Shown here piece by piece: positions 8,572 through 17,533 of a stretch of DNA of 64,000 bases. Source of the stretch: Coriobacteriia bacterium (lineage in GTDB: Bacteria; Actinomycetota; Coriobacteriia; Anaerosomatales; PHET01); the NCBI GenBank assembly GCA_034370385.1, contig JAXMKZ010000011.1:165103-229102 (forward strand), read 5' to 3'. The position numbers were made by a program, and so were the translations under genes. Position 1 is the first letter of the stretch; each line of letters begins with the position of its first letter. The notes below the pieces were generated by a model. The model saw nothing but the letters and a program-made list of their open reading frames with translations, did not search any database and was not told the DNA's origin.

Positions 8572-9591
8572 TCAGCGCACGATGCGCAACTCATGCCGGC
8601 ATGCGACGCACCGACCACGGCTATCGAGACCTGATGCATCGCACGCGAACCCCGATCGGTGCACGGCCACGGCCTGGCAGACGGGGCAGAGCGTATCCGC
8701 CCCTCCGACCACGTCCACGTTACCGAGGTAGACAAAAGACAGTCCCTCCTCGCGACCGATCCGCCGCGCTCGCTCAAGATCTGCGACGGGGGTCGGCGGC
8801 AGATGCGCGAACTCCAGGTACGGCACGAACCGAGTCACGTGCCACGGCGTGTCGACACCGAGAGCGGAGGCGATCCAAGCGGCCACGGCACGGAGTTCGT
8901 CATCGGAGTCGTTGATTCCGGGAACGACGTTGGTGACGCACTCCACGTGCATGCCATGCACGGCAGAAGCGCGCTCGGCTGCGGCTCTAACGGCCGAACC
9001 ATGGCCCACATGACAGAGCGCTTGGTAGGTCTGGTCGTAGTACCCCTTCACGTCGGTGCGCCAGACATCGACGTGTCCGGCGAACAGATCCAAGCCCTCC
9101 GCCGTCACGTAGCCGTTCGTGACCATGACCGTGTAGAGACCCGCCGCTTTCGCCGCACGTGCACCGTCGAGCACGAACTCGGGCCATATCGTCGGCTCGT
9201 TGTAGGTCCAGGCAACCCCCGAACAACTCTGCGCACGAGCGAGTTCAGGTATCCGCTCGGGATCCAGCGAGGATAGCGGCACGGTGCCGTCGTCGCCTCT
9301 GGGCCGTGAGATCTGCCAGTTCTGACAGTGCCCGCATCGCATCGAGCAGCCAACGCCACCCACTGACAGCACCCGGCTGCCCGGGTGAAAATGGAACACC
9401 GGCTTCTTCTCGATGGGATCGGCCGCAATCGAGCTGACCAGACCGTACGTCAGCGCCTCGAGGCGACCTGCGACCACGCCACGTGCACCACACACGCCCG
9501 AAGCGCCCTCGGCGATGAGGCATGCGTTGGGGCACAGGAGACAACGGACGCGGTCACCCTCCGCCCTCCACAGAAGAGCTTCGTGACCCAC
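8572..9591 (-). CDS. AmmeMemoRadiSam-type radical SAM enzyme (PflA-like activase family)
   Basis: N-terminal CLLCPNACLIAEGASGVCGAR motif followed by GCSMRCGHCQNW (CX3CX2C). Confidence 0.8.
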   Translation of the reverse strand: MGHEALLWRAEGDRVRCLLCPNACLIAEGASGVCGARGVVAGRLEALTYGLVSSIAADPIEKKPVFHFHPGSRVLSVGGVGCSMRCGHCQNWQISRPRGDDGTVPLSSLDPERIPELARAQSCSGVAWTYNEPTIWPEFVLDGARAAKAAGLYTVMVTNGYVTAEGLDLFAGHVDVWRTDVKGYYDQTYQALCHVGHGSAVRAAAERASAVHGMHVECVTNVVPGINDSDDELRAVAAWIASALGVDTPWHVTRFVPYLEFAHLPPTPVADLERARRIGREEGLSFVYLGNVDVVGGADTLCPVCQAVAVHRSGFACDASGLDSRGRCVACRHELRIVR

Positions 9592-9630
9592 GGTCGCCTC
9601 CCTTCACACGCGAAGGCCGCGCGCCGTTCG

Positions 9631-11421
9631 CTAGTGGGTCTGTACCCGACTCGCCAGTTCGACGCGGTTGCGACCGCGACGTTTCGCGCGATACAGCGCG
9701 GCGTCAGCTGCCGAGAGCAACCCTTGGGGATCCGTGATCGACGGCCCGAACGCCGCCACGCCCAGAGATGCTGTGGCACTCACCCGCATACCGTGTTCCG
9801 TGTGCGAGACCATCGAGCCCAGAAGCGTCCGTAGCTTCTCCGCCACGACCCATGCGTCAGACTCGGTGGTGGCAGCCAACACCAGCGCGAACTCGTCGCC
9901 CCCGTAACGGAAGGCGATGTCCGTAGCGCGCAACTCCGACTTCAGCAGCACCCCGACCGAACGCAGCAGCGTGTCGCCGGCCGCGTGACCTTGCGTGTCA
10001 TTCACGCCCTTGAAGCCGTCGAGATCGAGCATGATCAATGCGAGGTCGTTCCCGTATCGCCTGGAGCGACCGACTTCTTCCTCAAGGCGCAGGTTGAAAG
10101 CTCGCCGATTGAACAGGCCGGTGAGGTCGTCTGTGACCGCCTCGGACTCGAGACGCTCGCGCTCGCGCGTGAGCCGCCTGCGCGCCAGCGGGAAGCACGC
10201 GTCCCACGACGAGTTGCCGAGGCAGACGGAGGCTGCGTGTTCGATACAGGTGTCGTAGCCGCAGGCGCCGCAGTCTAGTGCGTCGTTGCGGGTGAAGAAC
10301 TCACCTGCGGCCAGGGCCTGATCGATCTCGGCGTCGCTCGGCTCGACCCTCATCGCAGGATCCGGCGAGAAGGAGCGACGCAGGTCCACCGTCGGGCGGT
10401 CGAGTCTCAAGACGTCCCGCGGAGGCAACATACGCTCTCGCTCCGCGAGATCGATGTTGCGCTTGGCAAACACGGATACCCCGGCATTGACACACGGTCC
10501 GTCGATGCAGCTCTCGCAGCTCAGCATGTCCACCACCTCGGGGAAGACCTCACCGCGGCTGATTGCCGTCAGGAATCGGTCTATGTCCCTCAGCCCGCGC
10601 ACCACAGCTACGCCGCGGTCCGTGAGGTTGCTCTTCTGAAGAGTGCGGCGCGGGAACCCGTCGGTTGCCGAGAGCTCCTTGCGATGCGCAAGCGGCCCGG
10701 GCTCGCAGCCGTCGTTGATGGCGTGCGCCCCTTCCGCCACGAGCTTTCTCAGCTCATCGAAGCCGATCACAACGTCGACGTATTCAGCTGCAAGCGCTTC
10801 GTCCTTTCGGGCCCAACAGGGAGACGCGTAGACGATGGCCACCTCTGTGTGATGCTTGTCGCGGATCACGCGCGACTGGGCGATGTAGGGTGGCACCAAG
10901 GGAACGAGAGCCCCGGTGAGCGCAGGGTGGAAGAAACGAACCCAGTCCACCGCCACCGGACACGTCGAACGCAGCCGAGGAGGATGGACCGCATCGGTAG
11001 CGTGCACCTGTTCGTACGCCGCGGCGACGATCTCCTCGCCGACCACGGTGGTCTCGATGTGCTCGAAGCCGAGCGCGCACAGCGAAACCTCTACCTGCGT
11101 GGGCTCGAGCGGATGCAGCGCCGCGATGTACTCGCTGGCCAGAAGCATGACAACGGGAGTCTCGCCCTCAAGGAGCTCACGGACCAGGCCAAGATCGTCT
11201 CGGATGATGCGTGCACCGTTGCCGCATTCGGTGACGCACGCTCCGCACTTCACGCATCGCTCCTCGATGATCTCGGTGCGGCCGTCTATCACGCGAATCG
11301 CGCGTGCAGGGCAGTGGCGCGCGCATCCCCAGCACTCGCTGCACCGATCCGGGACGTGGATGATCAGCGGCTGCACCGCGCCGAAACCCCGCCCATTCGT
11401 CCCCTGCTGGTTGTGAACCAC
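9631..11421 (-). CDS. Fe-S sensor diguanylate cyclase: 2x[4Fe-4S] ferredoxin, [FeFe]-hydrogenase-like domain, RnfB-type Fe-S domain, GGDEF
   Basis: CSECWGCARHCP and CVKCGACVTEC ferredoxin motifs. H-domain-like motifs STCP, SPCWARKDE and LSCESCIDGP. CGACGYDTCIEHA...C Fe-S motif. C-terminal RYGGDEFALV with RxxD-type context. Confidence 0.8.
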   Translation of the reverse strand: MVHNQQGTNGRGFGAVQPLIIHVPDRCSECWGCARHCPARAIRVIDGRTEIIEERCVKCGACVTECGNGARIIRDDLGLVRELLEGETPVVMLLASEYIAALHPLEPTQVEVSLCALGFEHIETTVVGEEIVAAAYEQVHATDAVHPPRLRSTCPVAVDWVRFFHPALTGALVPLVPPYIAQSRVIRDKHHTEVAIVYASPCWARKDEALAAEYVDVVIGFDELRKLVAEGAHAINDGCEPGPLAHRKELSATDGFPRRTLQKSNLTDRGVAVVRGLRDIDRFLTAISRGEVFPEVVDMLSCESCIDGPCVNAGVSVFAKRNIDLAERERMLPPRDVLRLDRPTVDLRRSFSPDPAMRVEPSDAEIDQALAAGEFFTRNDALDCGACGYDTCIEHAASVCLGNSSWDACFPLARRRLTRERERLESEAVTDDLTGLFNRRAFNLRLEEEVGRSRRYGNDLALIMLDLDGFKGVNDTQGHAAGDTLLRSVGVLLKSELRATDIAFRYGGDEFALVLAATTESDAWVVAEKLRTLLGSMVSHTEHGMRVSATASLGVAAFGPSITDPQGLLSAADAALYRAKRRGRNRVELASRVQTH

Positions 11422-11436
11422 GCGCTACTCCCCCGG

Positions 11437-12000
11437 TCACGCTTCGCGCTTGAGCACCTCGCGAAGGCCAAGCCGATCCAGCGCGGCAAGAAGCGGCCAC
11501 CCCAAACCGTATACCACGAACGCCTCACCGACGCCTACTGCCACGACACCGAACAGATACATCCCCAGCCACGACTGTTCAAGGTTGATGCCTAGCGCAG
11601 GGATCTGATACAGACCCAGTCCCTTCAGCAGCCACGGAAGGTAGGCGGGCACGATCAGGGCGTTCGCCACCACCGGACCGGCCAGCGCGAGGGCTCGCTT
11701 CTGGCGAAAACGCCATGTCCACATGGCCCCGATCGCCGTGGCGCATGAACCGAAGACCACGTCGAGCAGTGCCAGCGGTCCGAGCACCGTAAGATTCGTG
11801 AGGTTGGCCATGGCGGTGCCCAGCGTCAGACCCGGAATCGCGGCGGGCGTGAAACACGCGATCACGGTGAAAGCCTCGCTGAGCCTGAACTGGATCGGTC
11901 CCCAGGAGAACACGGTCAGCGTCTGCATGGTGATGAACGACAGCGTCACGTGTACGGCGGCGATCACCCCGGCTTGGGCGACGTAGCGGGTGCGGGTCAA
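11437..12000 (-). CDS. queT: QueT-family (queuosine precursor) transporter
   Basis: 187-aa, 5-6 TM protein. The N-terminus AQAGVIAAVHVTLSF...FRLSEAFTV is typical of the QueT/ECF-S-like family. TTG start. Confidence 0.65.
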   Translation of the reverse strand: MTRTRYVAQAGVIAAVHVTLSFITMQTLTVFSWGPIQFRLSEAFTVIACFTPAAIPGLTLGTAMANLTNLTVLGPLALLDVVFGSCATAIGAMWTWRFRQKRALALAGPVVANALIVPAYLPWLLKGLGLYQIPALGINLEQSWLGMYLFGVVAVGVGEAFVVYGLGWPLLAALDRLGLREVLKREA

Positions 12001-12090
12001 GGAGATTCGGACCTTCCTGCACGCTCATCGGAGACCCTGTCGGCCGCCGATCAAGTGCACGGGATTGTAGCAGTGCGCCACGAGGCTACG

Positions 12091-14199
12091 CTATGCGGGC
12101 AGCTCAGGGCTCCCGAACACCTCGCTGTAGGCCAGTAGTCCGGTGCCACCTGCCAGGGCCATGCGGTCCAAAACATCGAAGAAGGCCGCGACGACACGCG
12201 GATCGAACTGCGTGCCCGTCCCCGCTTCCAGCTCCTCCTTCGCCTGTTTCAGGGTGAGTTTGGACGCGTACGTGCGCACACTCGTCATCGCGTCGAACGC
12301 ATCAGCGACGGCCAGAACGCGCGCAAGCAGTGGAATGCCGTCGCCCTTGATGCCCTGAGGATAGCCCTTGCCGTCCCACCGCTCGTGGTGGTGAAGGATG
12401 ATCGGCGCGAGCGATTTGAGGAACTCGATCTGGTCGATGATCGAAGCGCCCATCTCGGCGTGCTTCTTCGCAAGTTCGAACTCGTCTGTGGTGAGTCGAC
12501 TCGGCTTGAGCAGAATCTCCTCGGGCACACCGCTCTTGCCCACATCGTGCAGCAGGCCGGCGAATCGCAGCTGTTCGACGGCCTCGTGTCCAAGCCCAAG
12601 CTCGATTCCGATCTCCATCGCGTACTGCATGACCCGACCCGAGTGACCGCTCACGGCGTGTTCACCCAGGTCAAGGGTGACCGAGAGCGCCGCTATCGTC
12701 TTGGCGTAGTCGTCGCGGATACGCGAGAACAAAGCCGACCGGCCAAACGCCGGCCCGCCGTGCGCGGCGATACCCTCGAGCAGCGCGTTATCCTGAGCAC
12801 CGTAGCGCTCCCCGTCCATCCGGGCGATGAAGAGATACCCGACGTCCAGATCCCCGTGACGAAGCGAGGCCACAGCCAGAGCCCAGTCCGCATCGTCCTC
12901 GCCGTCTGTGAGCTCACCGTGCACGGTGACGAAGCGCTCGGTCGCGAACGGTTCCGACTCGATCTGGCGACCGCAGACCTGAGAGAGCACCTCGCCCAGG
13001 GCGACCGTGGGCACCATGCCGCCTACGGCGACCTCAAGACGGTCCTCGCCCCATCCGGTGAGCACAAGGCCGGCCAGATCGTACGTGAACGACTTCTCCA
13101 CGACGCCCAAGAGCAGCTGCGCCACAGAAGCGATGTCGGTCTGACCGCCCAAGGCGGCAGCCAGCCCGTTGAGCTGTGTGTACCCCGCCATGGCTCGCTC
13201 GACGGCGACCCGTTCGTCCTCCCGCTCGATAGCGATCGAGATGAACTGTCCGAAGCGTGAGAGGCGGGCGATGCGGTCCTGAGAGACGGGATACGCTGAG
13301 GCCGGCAGCCTGACCTCAAGAACTCCGAGTACTGTCTCAGAAAGGGCGAGTGGCATCGCCAGCGTTGCGGAACCGCCGTTGCCCGGTGCAACCACGGTGC
13401 GCCGCGTCTCGGCCGCTCGTCCCGAGGCCGTGGATGCCCTCGGCACGGTCGCCCCCAACCCACCCCGCCATCCGGGCGTGCGGGCTATGACCTCAAGCGC
13501 AACTCCGCGAGGTCGCAGAATGGCACCAGCGTCGCCACCGACGAGCGCGACCGCCTCTTCGGTGATCTCGCCCAGGGCACCTGAGTCCAAGTGAGCGTGG
13601 GACACCACGTGGTGACCCGCTGAAACGAAGAGCCGAAGCTCCTCGATCCGCTCGGTCGCCGCCGCATGCTCGACGGCGGCCTCGAGCACGGTCTTGGCAC
13701 TCGCAACCGCCAACAGGAGGAAGGACTCGGCCTGATGGCGCGCCAAGACCGGAAGGGACTTCATGGCGCGCCGCGCCGTATCCTCACTCGAACCGCGACC
13801 GAGCAGCGACTCATACCGACCGCGCCGTTCGCGTGTCGAGGTCACGAAACCCGCAAGGGCAACGTGTCCCACCGTCGTCCCCGCACGCTCGAGTGGCGCG
13901 TACAGCACGGGCAGTCCGGCACGGCAGACGATGCGACCGGGACCGGCGTCCGAGGATGGGCAGACATCAAAACATGAAGCCGGGGTCATGACCGACCCGT
14001 CAGCGGCGAGCAGGCAGTAGCTGCAGCGGCCCGCCCCGGACAGCGGGGCACATGCCTCGAAGTCCATCACCGACACGGTCGCTCCCGTGGCCTGGAACAG
14101 GGCGTCCGCAGATGCCTTCCAGTCCGGGGAATCGAATGCCGTAGCGACGATCCTTCTGTCTGCGATGGACACGCGCGCGCAACCCTTCCGTTCGTGCAC
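12091..14199 (-). CDS. PocR-like sensor, GAF domains and HD-GYP phosphodiesterase
   Basis: The N-terminal Cys-rich region ending in CRAGLPVLYAPL...GHVALAGF is PocR-like. The C-terminus has HDVGK...HHERWDGKGYPQG (HD-GYP). Confidence 0.8.
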   Translation of the reverse strand: MHERKGCARVSIADRRIVATAFDSPDWKASADALFQATGATVSVMDFEACAPLSGAGRCSYCLLAADGSVMTPASCFDVCPSSDAGPGRIVCRAGLPVLYAPLERAGTTVGHVALAGFVTSTRERRGRYESLLGRGSSEDTARRAMKSLPVLARHQAESFLLLAVASAKTVLEAAVEHAAATERIEELRLFVSAGHHVVSHAHLDSGALGEITEEAVALVGGDAGAILRPRGVALEVIARTPGWRGGLGATVPRASTASGRAAETRRTVVAPGNGGSATLAMPLALSETVLGVLEVRLPASAYPVSQDRIARLSRFGQFISIAIEREDERVAVERAMAGYTQLNGLAAALGGQTDIASVAQLLLGVVEKSFTYDLAGLVLTGWGEDRLEVAVGGMVPTVALGEVLSQVCGRQIESEPFATERFVTVHGELTDGEDDADWALAVASLRHGDLDVGYLFIARMDGERYGAQDNALLEGIAAHGGPAFGRSALFSRIRDDYAKTIAALSVTLDLGEHAVSGHSGRVMQYAMEIGIELGLGHEAVEQLRFAGLLHDVGKSGVPEEILLKPSRLTTDEFELAKKHAEMGASIIDQIEFLKSLAPIILHHHERWDGKGYPQGIKGDGIPLLARVLAVADAFDAMTSVRTYASKLTLKQAKEELEAGTGTQFDPRVVAAFFDVLDRMALAGGTGLLAYSEVFGSPELPA

Positions 14200-14283
14200 G
14201 GACAGAACACTGCTCTTAGTGTCGGCTTAGACCGAGTCCGACTTGAGGGGCAACGTCCGCTTCTCCTTGCGCGCGGACCGCGG

Positions 14284-15768
14284 TCAGATTCGACCGCGGG
14301 GCAACGTGATCAGGAACGTGGTACCTACTCCGATTTCGCTCTCGACCGCGATCGTCCCGTTCATGTTGTCCAGCAGGCTCTTGGCAATCGCAAGCCCCAG
14401 TCCGAACCCGCCTTCTCCTGCGGCTCTGGCCGAATCACTGCGAAAGAAGCGGTCGAACAGACGCGGCAGGTCCTCCGCCGGGATTCCCTTGCCGGTGTCG
14501 CTCACGACAATGGTCACCATGTCACGACGACGTGAGGTCATAAGAGCGATGCGGCCGCCCGCAGACGTGTACTTGGCCGCGTTGTCGAGCAGGATAGTCA
14601 GCACGTCCTCGATGCGACCGGGGTCGCCCACCATGAGCAACGACTCTTCAAGGGGTCCCTCGAACTCGATACCCCGATCGAGGAACCGGCTGGCGGTGGC
14701 AGCGATCCGGTCTCTGGCAACAGCGTTCAGATCGAGCTTCTGTGTATTCAGACGCAGACCCTGGTCGGCATGAAGCAGATTCAGCAGGTCGCTGGTCAGT
14801 CGGGCCATCCGCCGAGACTCGCGGTCGATCGCATCGATGGACTCCTCTTGCACCTTGGGGTCATCAGCACCCCAGGCACGAAGGATGCTCGTGTAGCCGC
14901 GGATACCTGCGACCGGCGTGGCAAGCTCGTGCGATGCGTCGGCCACGAACCGCGATTGAGCCTCAGCGCGTCTTCCGAGCCGCTCGATCAGCTGGTTGAT
15001 CGAGCGCGCAAGCGCGCCGATCTCATTGTCCCCAAGCTCCGGTAGCCGCTCATCGAGCCTTCCCGCATCGATCGAATCGGCAGCGCGGCGGAGTTCGTCG
15101 ACCAGATTGAGAACCCATGTCATCGACGTCTGCATGAGAAACGCCATCACCAACATCGCCGAGAGGGCAAGCACCATCATCGGCAGCCGGATCCGGTCGA
15201 TCACCCGCTCTTCGATGACGGGATCGTACGAGACGTCCAGCACCCCCACGCGATCATCAGACACCTCGATGGGCACGTGTACGACCGTGACGCCAAGGCC
15301 GGCCCTGTTGATCAGCCCACTTAGGAAGTCGCCCTGTTCGCTTGTGGAACGCCGCGGCAGCCCGCTCAGAATAGCCGCTTCGCGAGCGATCGAGCCCGCG
15401 GGCTCGATCGCTTCTGGCGTCGAAGCCCACAGCAGCTTGTCGTCATCGGTGAACAGCGCGAATCGCGCACCCGCAAGGCCGGCGGCGGCCAAGCGCTCCG
15501 GCAGGCGCGAGGACATGAGTGCGCGCACCTCGAGCGCACGCTGGTCCGGGTCCAACATGAGCACCTGCGGGTCCGTCTCGGCAGCAGTGGCGATGTCTTG
15601 AGCGATCGCCTTAGCAGTCGATGCGACGTTCTCGGTCGTCTCAACCGCGACAGACTGCATGCCATCCGAGACGATCACGTACGTCGTCAGAGCTACGCCC
15701 CCGACCACGAGGACGGCAAACAACACCGAGACGAACAGAAGCCAGCCCCTGAGTGACCAGGGTCGCAT
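14284..15768 (-). CDS. Sensor histidine kinase (2 TM, HAMP, HisKA, HATPase_c)
   Basis: FVADASHELATP H-box, with DNAAKYT (N box), DTGKGI and GGFGLGLAI (G boxes). Confidence 0.9.
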   Translation of the reverse strand: MRPWSLRGWLLFVSVLFAVLVVGGVALTTYVIVSDGMQSVAVETTENVASTAKAIAQDIATAAETDPQVLMLDPDQRALEVRALMSSRLPERLAAAGLAGARFALFTDDDKLLWASTPEAIEPAGSIAREAAILSGLPRRSTSEQGDFLSGLINRAGLGVTVVHVPIEVSDDRVGVLDVSYDPVIEERVIDRIRLPMMVLALSAMLVMAFLMQTSMTWVLNLVDELRRAADSIDAGRLDERLPELGDNEIGALARSINQLIERLGRRAEAQSRFVADASHELATPVAGIRGYTSILRAWGADDPKVQEESIDAIDRESRRMARLTSDLLNLLHADQGLRLNTQKLDLNAVARDRIAATASRFLDRGIEFEGPLEESLLMVGDPGRIEDVLTILLDNAAKYTSAGGRIALMTSRRRDMVTIVVSDTGKGIPAEDLPRLFDRFFRSDSARAAGEGGFGLGLAIAKSLLDNMNGTIAVESEIGVGTTFLITLPRGRI

Positions 15769-16455
15769 CTACGTCCTCGCGAAGAAGTAGCCCACGCCCC
15801 TGATGGTCCGGATGACCTGGTTGTCCACATCGCCGATCTTGTTGCGCAGGTGACACACGAAGACCTCGATGACGTTGCTGTCGGTGGAGTGCTGCCCTGC
15901 CCACACGCGCTCGAGAATCTCATCGCGGCTGATAACCCTGCCCGCGTTGGTGACGAAGAACTCCAGCAGGTCGTACTCTTTCGCCGTGAACTTCACGACT
16001 TCGCCCGCGACGAGCACCGTCCGAGATGACGGGTCGATCTCGATGTTGCCGGAGCGATACTGGGGCCCGGACTTGTCCGAGTCGACGCGCTTGAGCAAAG
16101 CGCGAATCCTCGAGAGCAACTCGGGAATCTCGAAGGGCTTGCGCAGGTAATCATCAGCACCGGCATCGAAGCCGGTGACGACGTCTTGGGTCTCTGAGCG
16201 TGCGGTCAGCATGAGTATCGGGGTCGCGACGCCATCAGCCCTCAGAGTTCGAGCGATCTGAAGCCCATCGATTCCCGGCAGCATCAGGTCAAGCACGATG
16301 ACGTCGGGCTCGAACTCCTCGACCGCCAGAATCGCTGCGTTCCCCTCTCCCACCTTCATCACCTGAAACCCGGCGTGCAGCAGTTCGAGCTCTACGAAAC
16401 GCGCGATGGTCGCATCATCTTCAACCACGAGCACTTTTGATCCGGTCTCGTCCAT
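15769..16455 (-). CDS. OmpR/PhoB-family response regulator
   Basis: REC domain (VVEDD...DVIVLDLMLPG...LTA) plus a winged-helix C-terminus (IRTIRGVGY). It abuts the kinase gene. Confidence 0.9.
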   Translation of the reverse strand: MDETGSKVLVVEDDATIARFVELELLHAGFQVMKVGEGNAAILAVEEFEPDVIVLDLMLPGIDGLQIARTLRADGVATPILMLTARSETQDVVTGFDAGADDYLRKPFEIPELLSRIRALLKRVDSDKSGPQYRSGNIEIDPSSRTVLVAGEVVKFTAKEYDLLEFFVTNAGRVISRDEILERVWAGQHSTDSNVIEVFVCHLRNKIGDVDNQVIRTIRGVGYFFART

Positions 16456-16486
16456 CTGTGCCTCCTGCCCTTGTCCATGCCTGCTC

Positions 16487-17533
16487 TTAGGAGCTCAGAA
16501 GCGTCTCCGCGATCTGCACCGCATTGAGCGCAGCCCCCTTCCTGAGCTGGTCAGCGACCACCCACATGCTCAGGCCGTGCTCAACAGTCGAATCGACCCT
16601 CAGTCGACCGACATAGGTGTCGTCAGTACCTTCGAGCATCGCCGGCATCGGATACTCCTTGGCGGCGGGGTCATCCAGCACCGTGATTCCCGGTGCCGCC
16701 GACAGTGCCGCGCGGGCTTGCTCTAGTGAAATGGCCGAGGAGAACTCGACGTTAACGGCTTCCGAATGGCACCGGAGCACCGGCACACGCACGCAGGTGG
16801 CGCTCACCTCGATCTCAGGTGCACCCATGATCTTCTTGGTCTCGGCGACCATCTTCCACTCTTCCTTGGTGGACCCGTCATCGAGGAACACATCGATCTG
16901 AGGGATGCAGTTGAAAGCGATACGGTGCGCGAACTCGCGAACGTGAATCTCCTGGCCGCGCAGGAAGTCCCCGCTTTGGCTGTAGAGCTCATCCATGGCG
17001 GCCTGACCAGCGCCCGAGGCCGCCTGATACGTCGCCACCACGACGCGCTTGATCACAGCGATGTCGTGAAGCGGCTTGAGCGCCACCACCATCTGGATGG
17101 TGGAGCAGTTGGGATTGGCGATGACTCCCCTGTGCCCCCCTACGTCGCCGGGATTCACCTCGGGCACCACGAGCGGGACGTCGTCGTCCATCCGAAACGC
17201 CGACGAGTTGTCGATCATCACTGCACCGGCACCGATGACGGCCGCACGAAACTCCTTGCTCACCGATGCTCCGGCACTGAAAAGCGCGATGTCGACGCCC
17301 TCGAAACTCGAGGGCGTCAGCTCTTCGACGATGAGTTCGCCGCCGCGAAACGGAATCTTCTTGCCCGCTGAGCGCGCCGAGGCAAGGGCCACGACCCGCG
17401 ACGACGGGAATGCGCGCTGGTCAAGCACCTTGAGCATCTCGCGGCCCACAGCGCCTGTCACGCCGGCCACAGCCACCACCGGCGAGGGTGGCATCGGCTT
17501 TGTCCACGTCATGTCGCTCGTTCCCCCCCGCAC
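16487..17533 (-). CDS. asd: Aspartate-semialdehyde dehydrogenase
   Basis: GVTGAVG NAD motif and the NPNCSTI active-site Cys motif. Positioned downstream of ask, as in Actinobacteria. Confidence 0.9.
   Translation of the reverse strand: MRGGTSDMTWTKPMPPSPVVAVAGVTGAVGREMLKVLDQRAFPSSRVVALASARSAGKKIPFRGGELIVEELTPSSFEGVDIALFSAGASVSKEFRAAVIGAGAVMIDNSSAFRMDDDVPLVVPEVNPGDVGGHRGVIANPNCSTIQMVVALKPLHDIAVIKRVVVATYQAASGAGQAAMDELYSQSGDFLRGQEIHVREFAHRIAFNCIPQIDVFLDDGSTKEEWKMVAETKKIMGAPEIEVSATCVRVPVLRCHSEAVNVEFSSAISLEQARAALSAAPGITVLDDPAAKEYPMPAMLEGTDDTYVGRLRVDSTVEHGLSMWVVADQLRKGAALNAVQIAETLLSS

Noticed and set aside
12001-12090. A possible preQ1 riboswitch in the 90-nt leader of queT.
   Set aside because: QueT genes are often preQ1-regulated, but on either strand I could not find the preQ1-I hallmark (a short hairpin followed by an A-rich tail such as AAAAAACUA) or a preQ1-II-like fold. 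A covariance-model scan would settle it.
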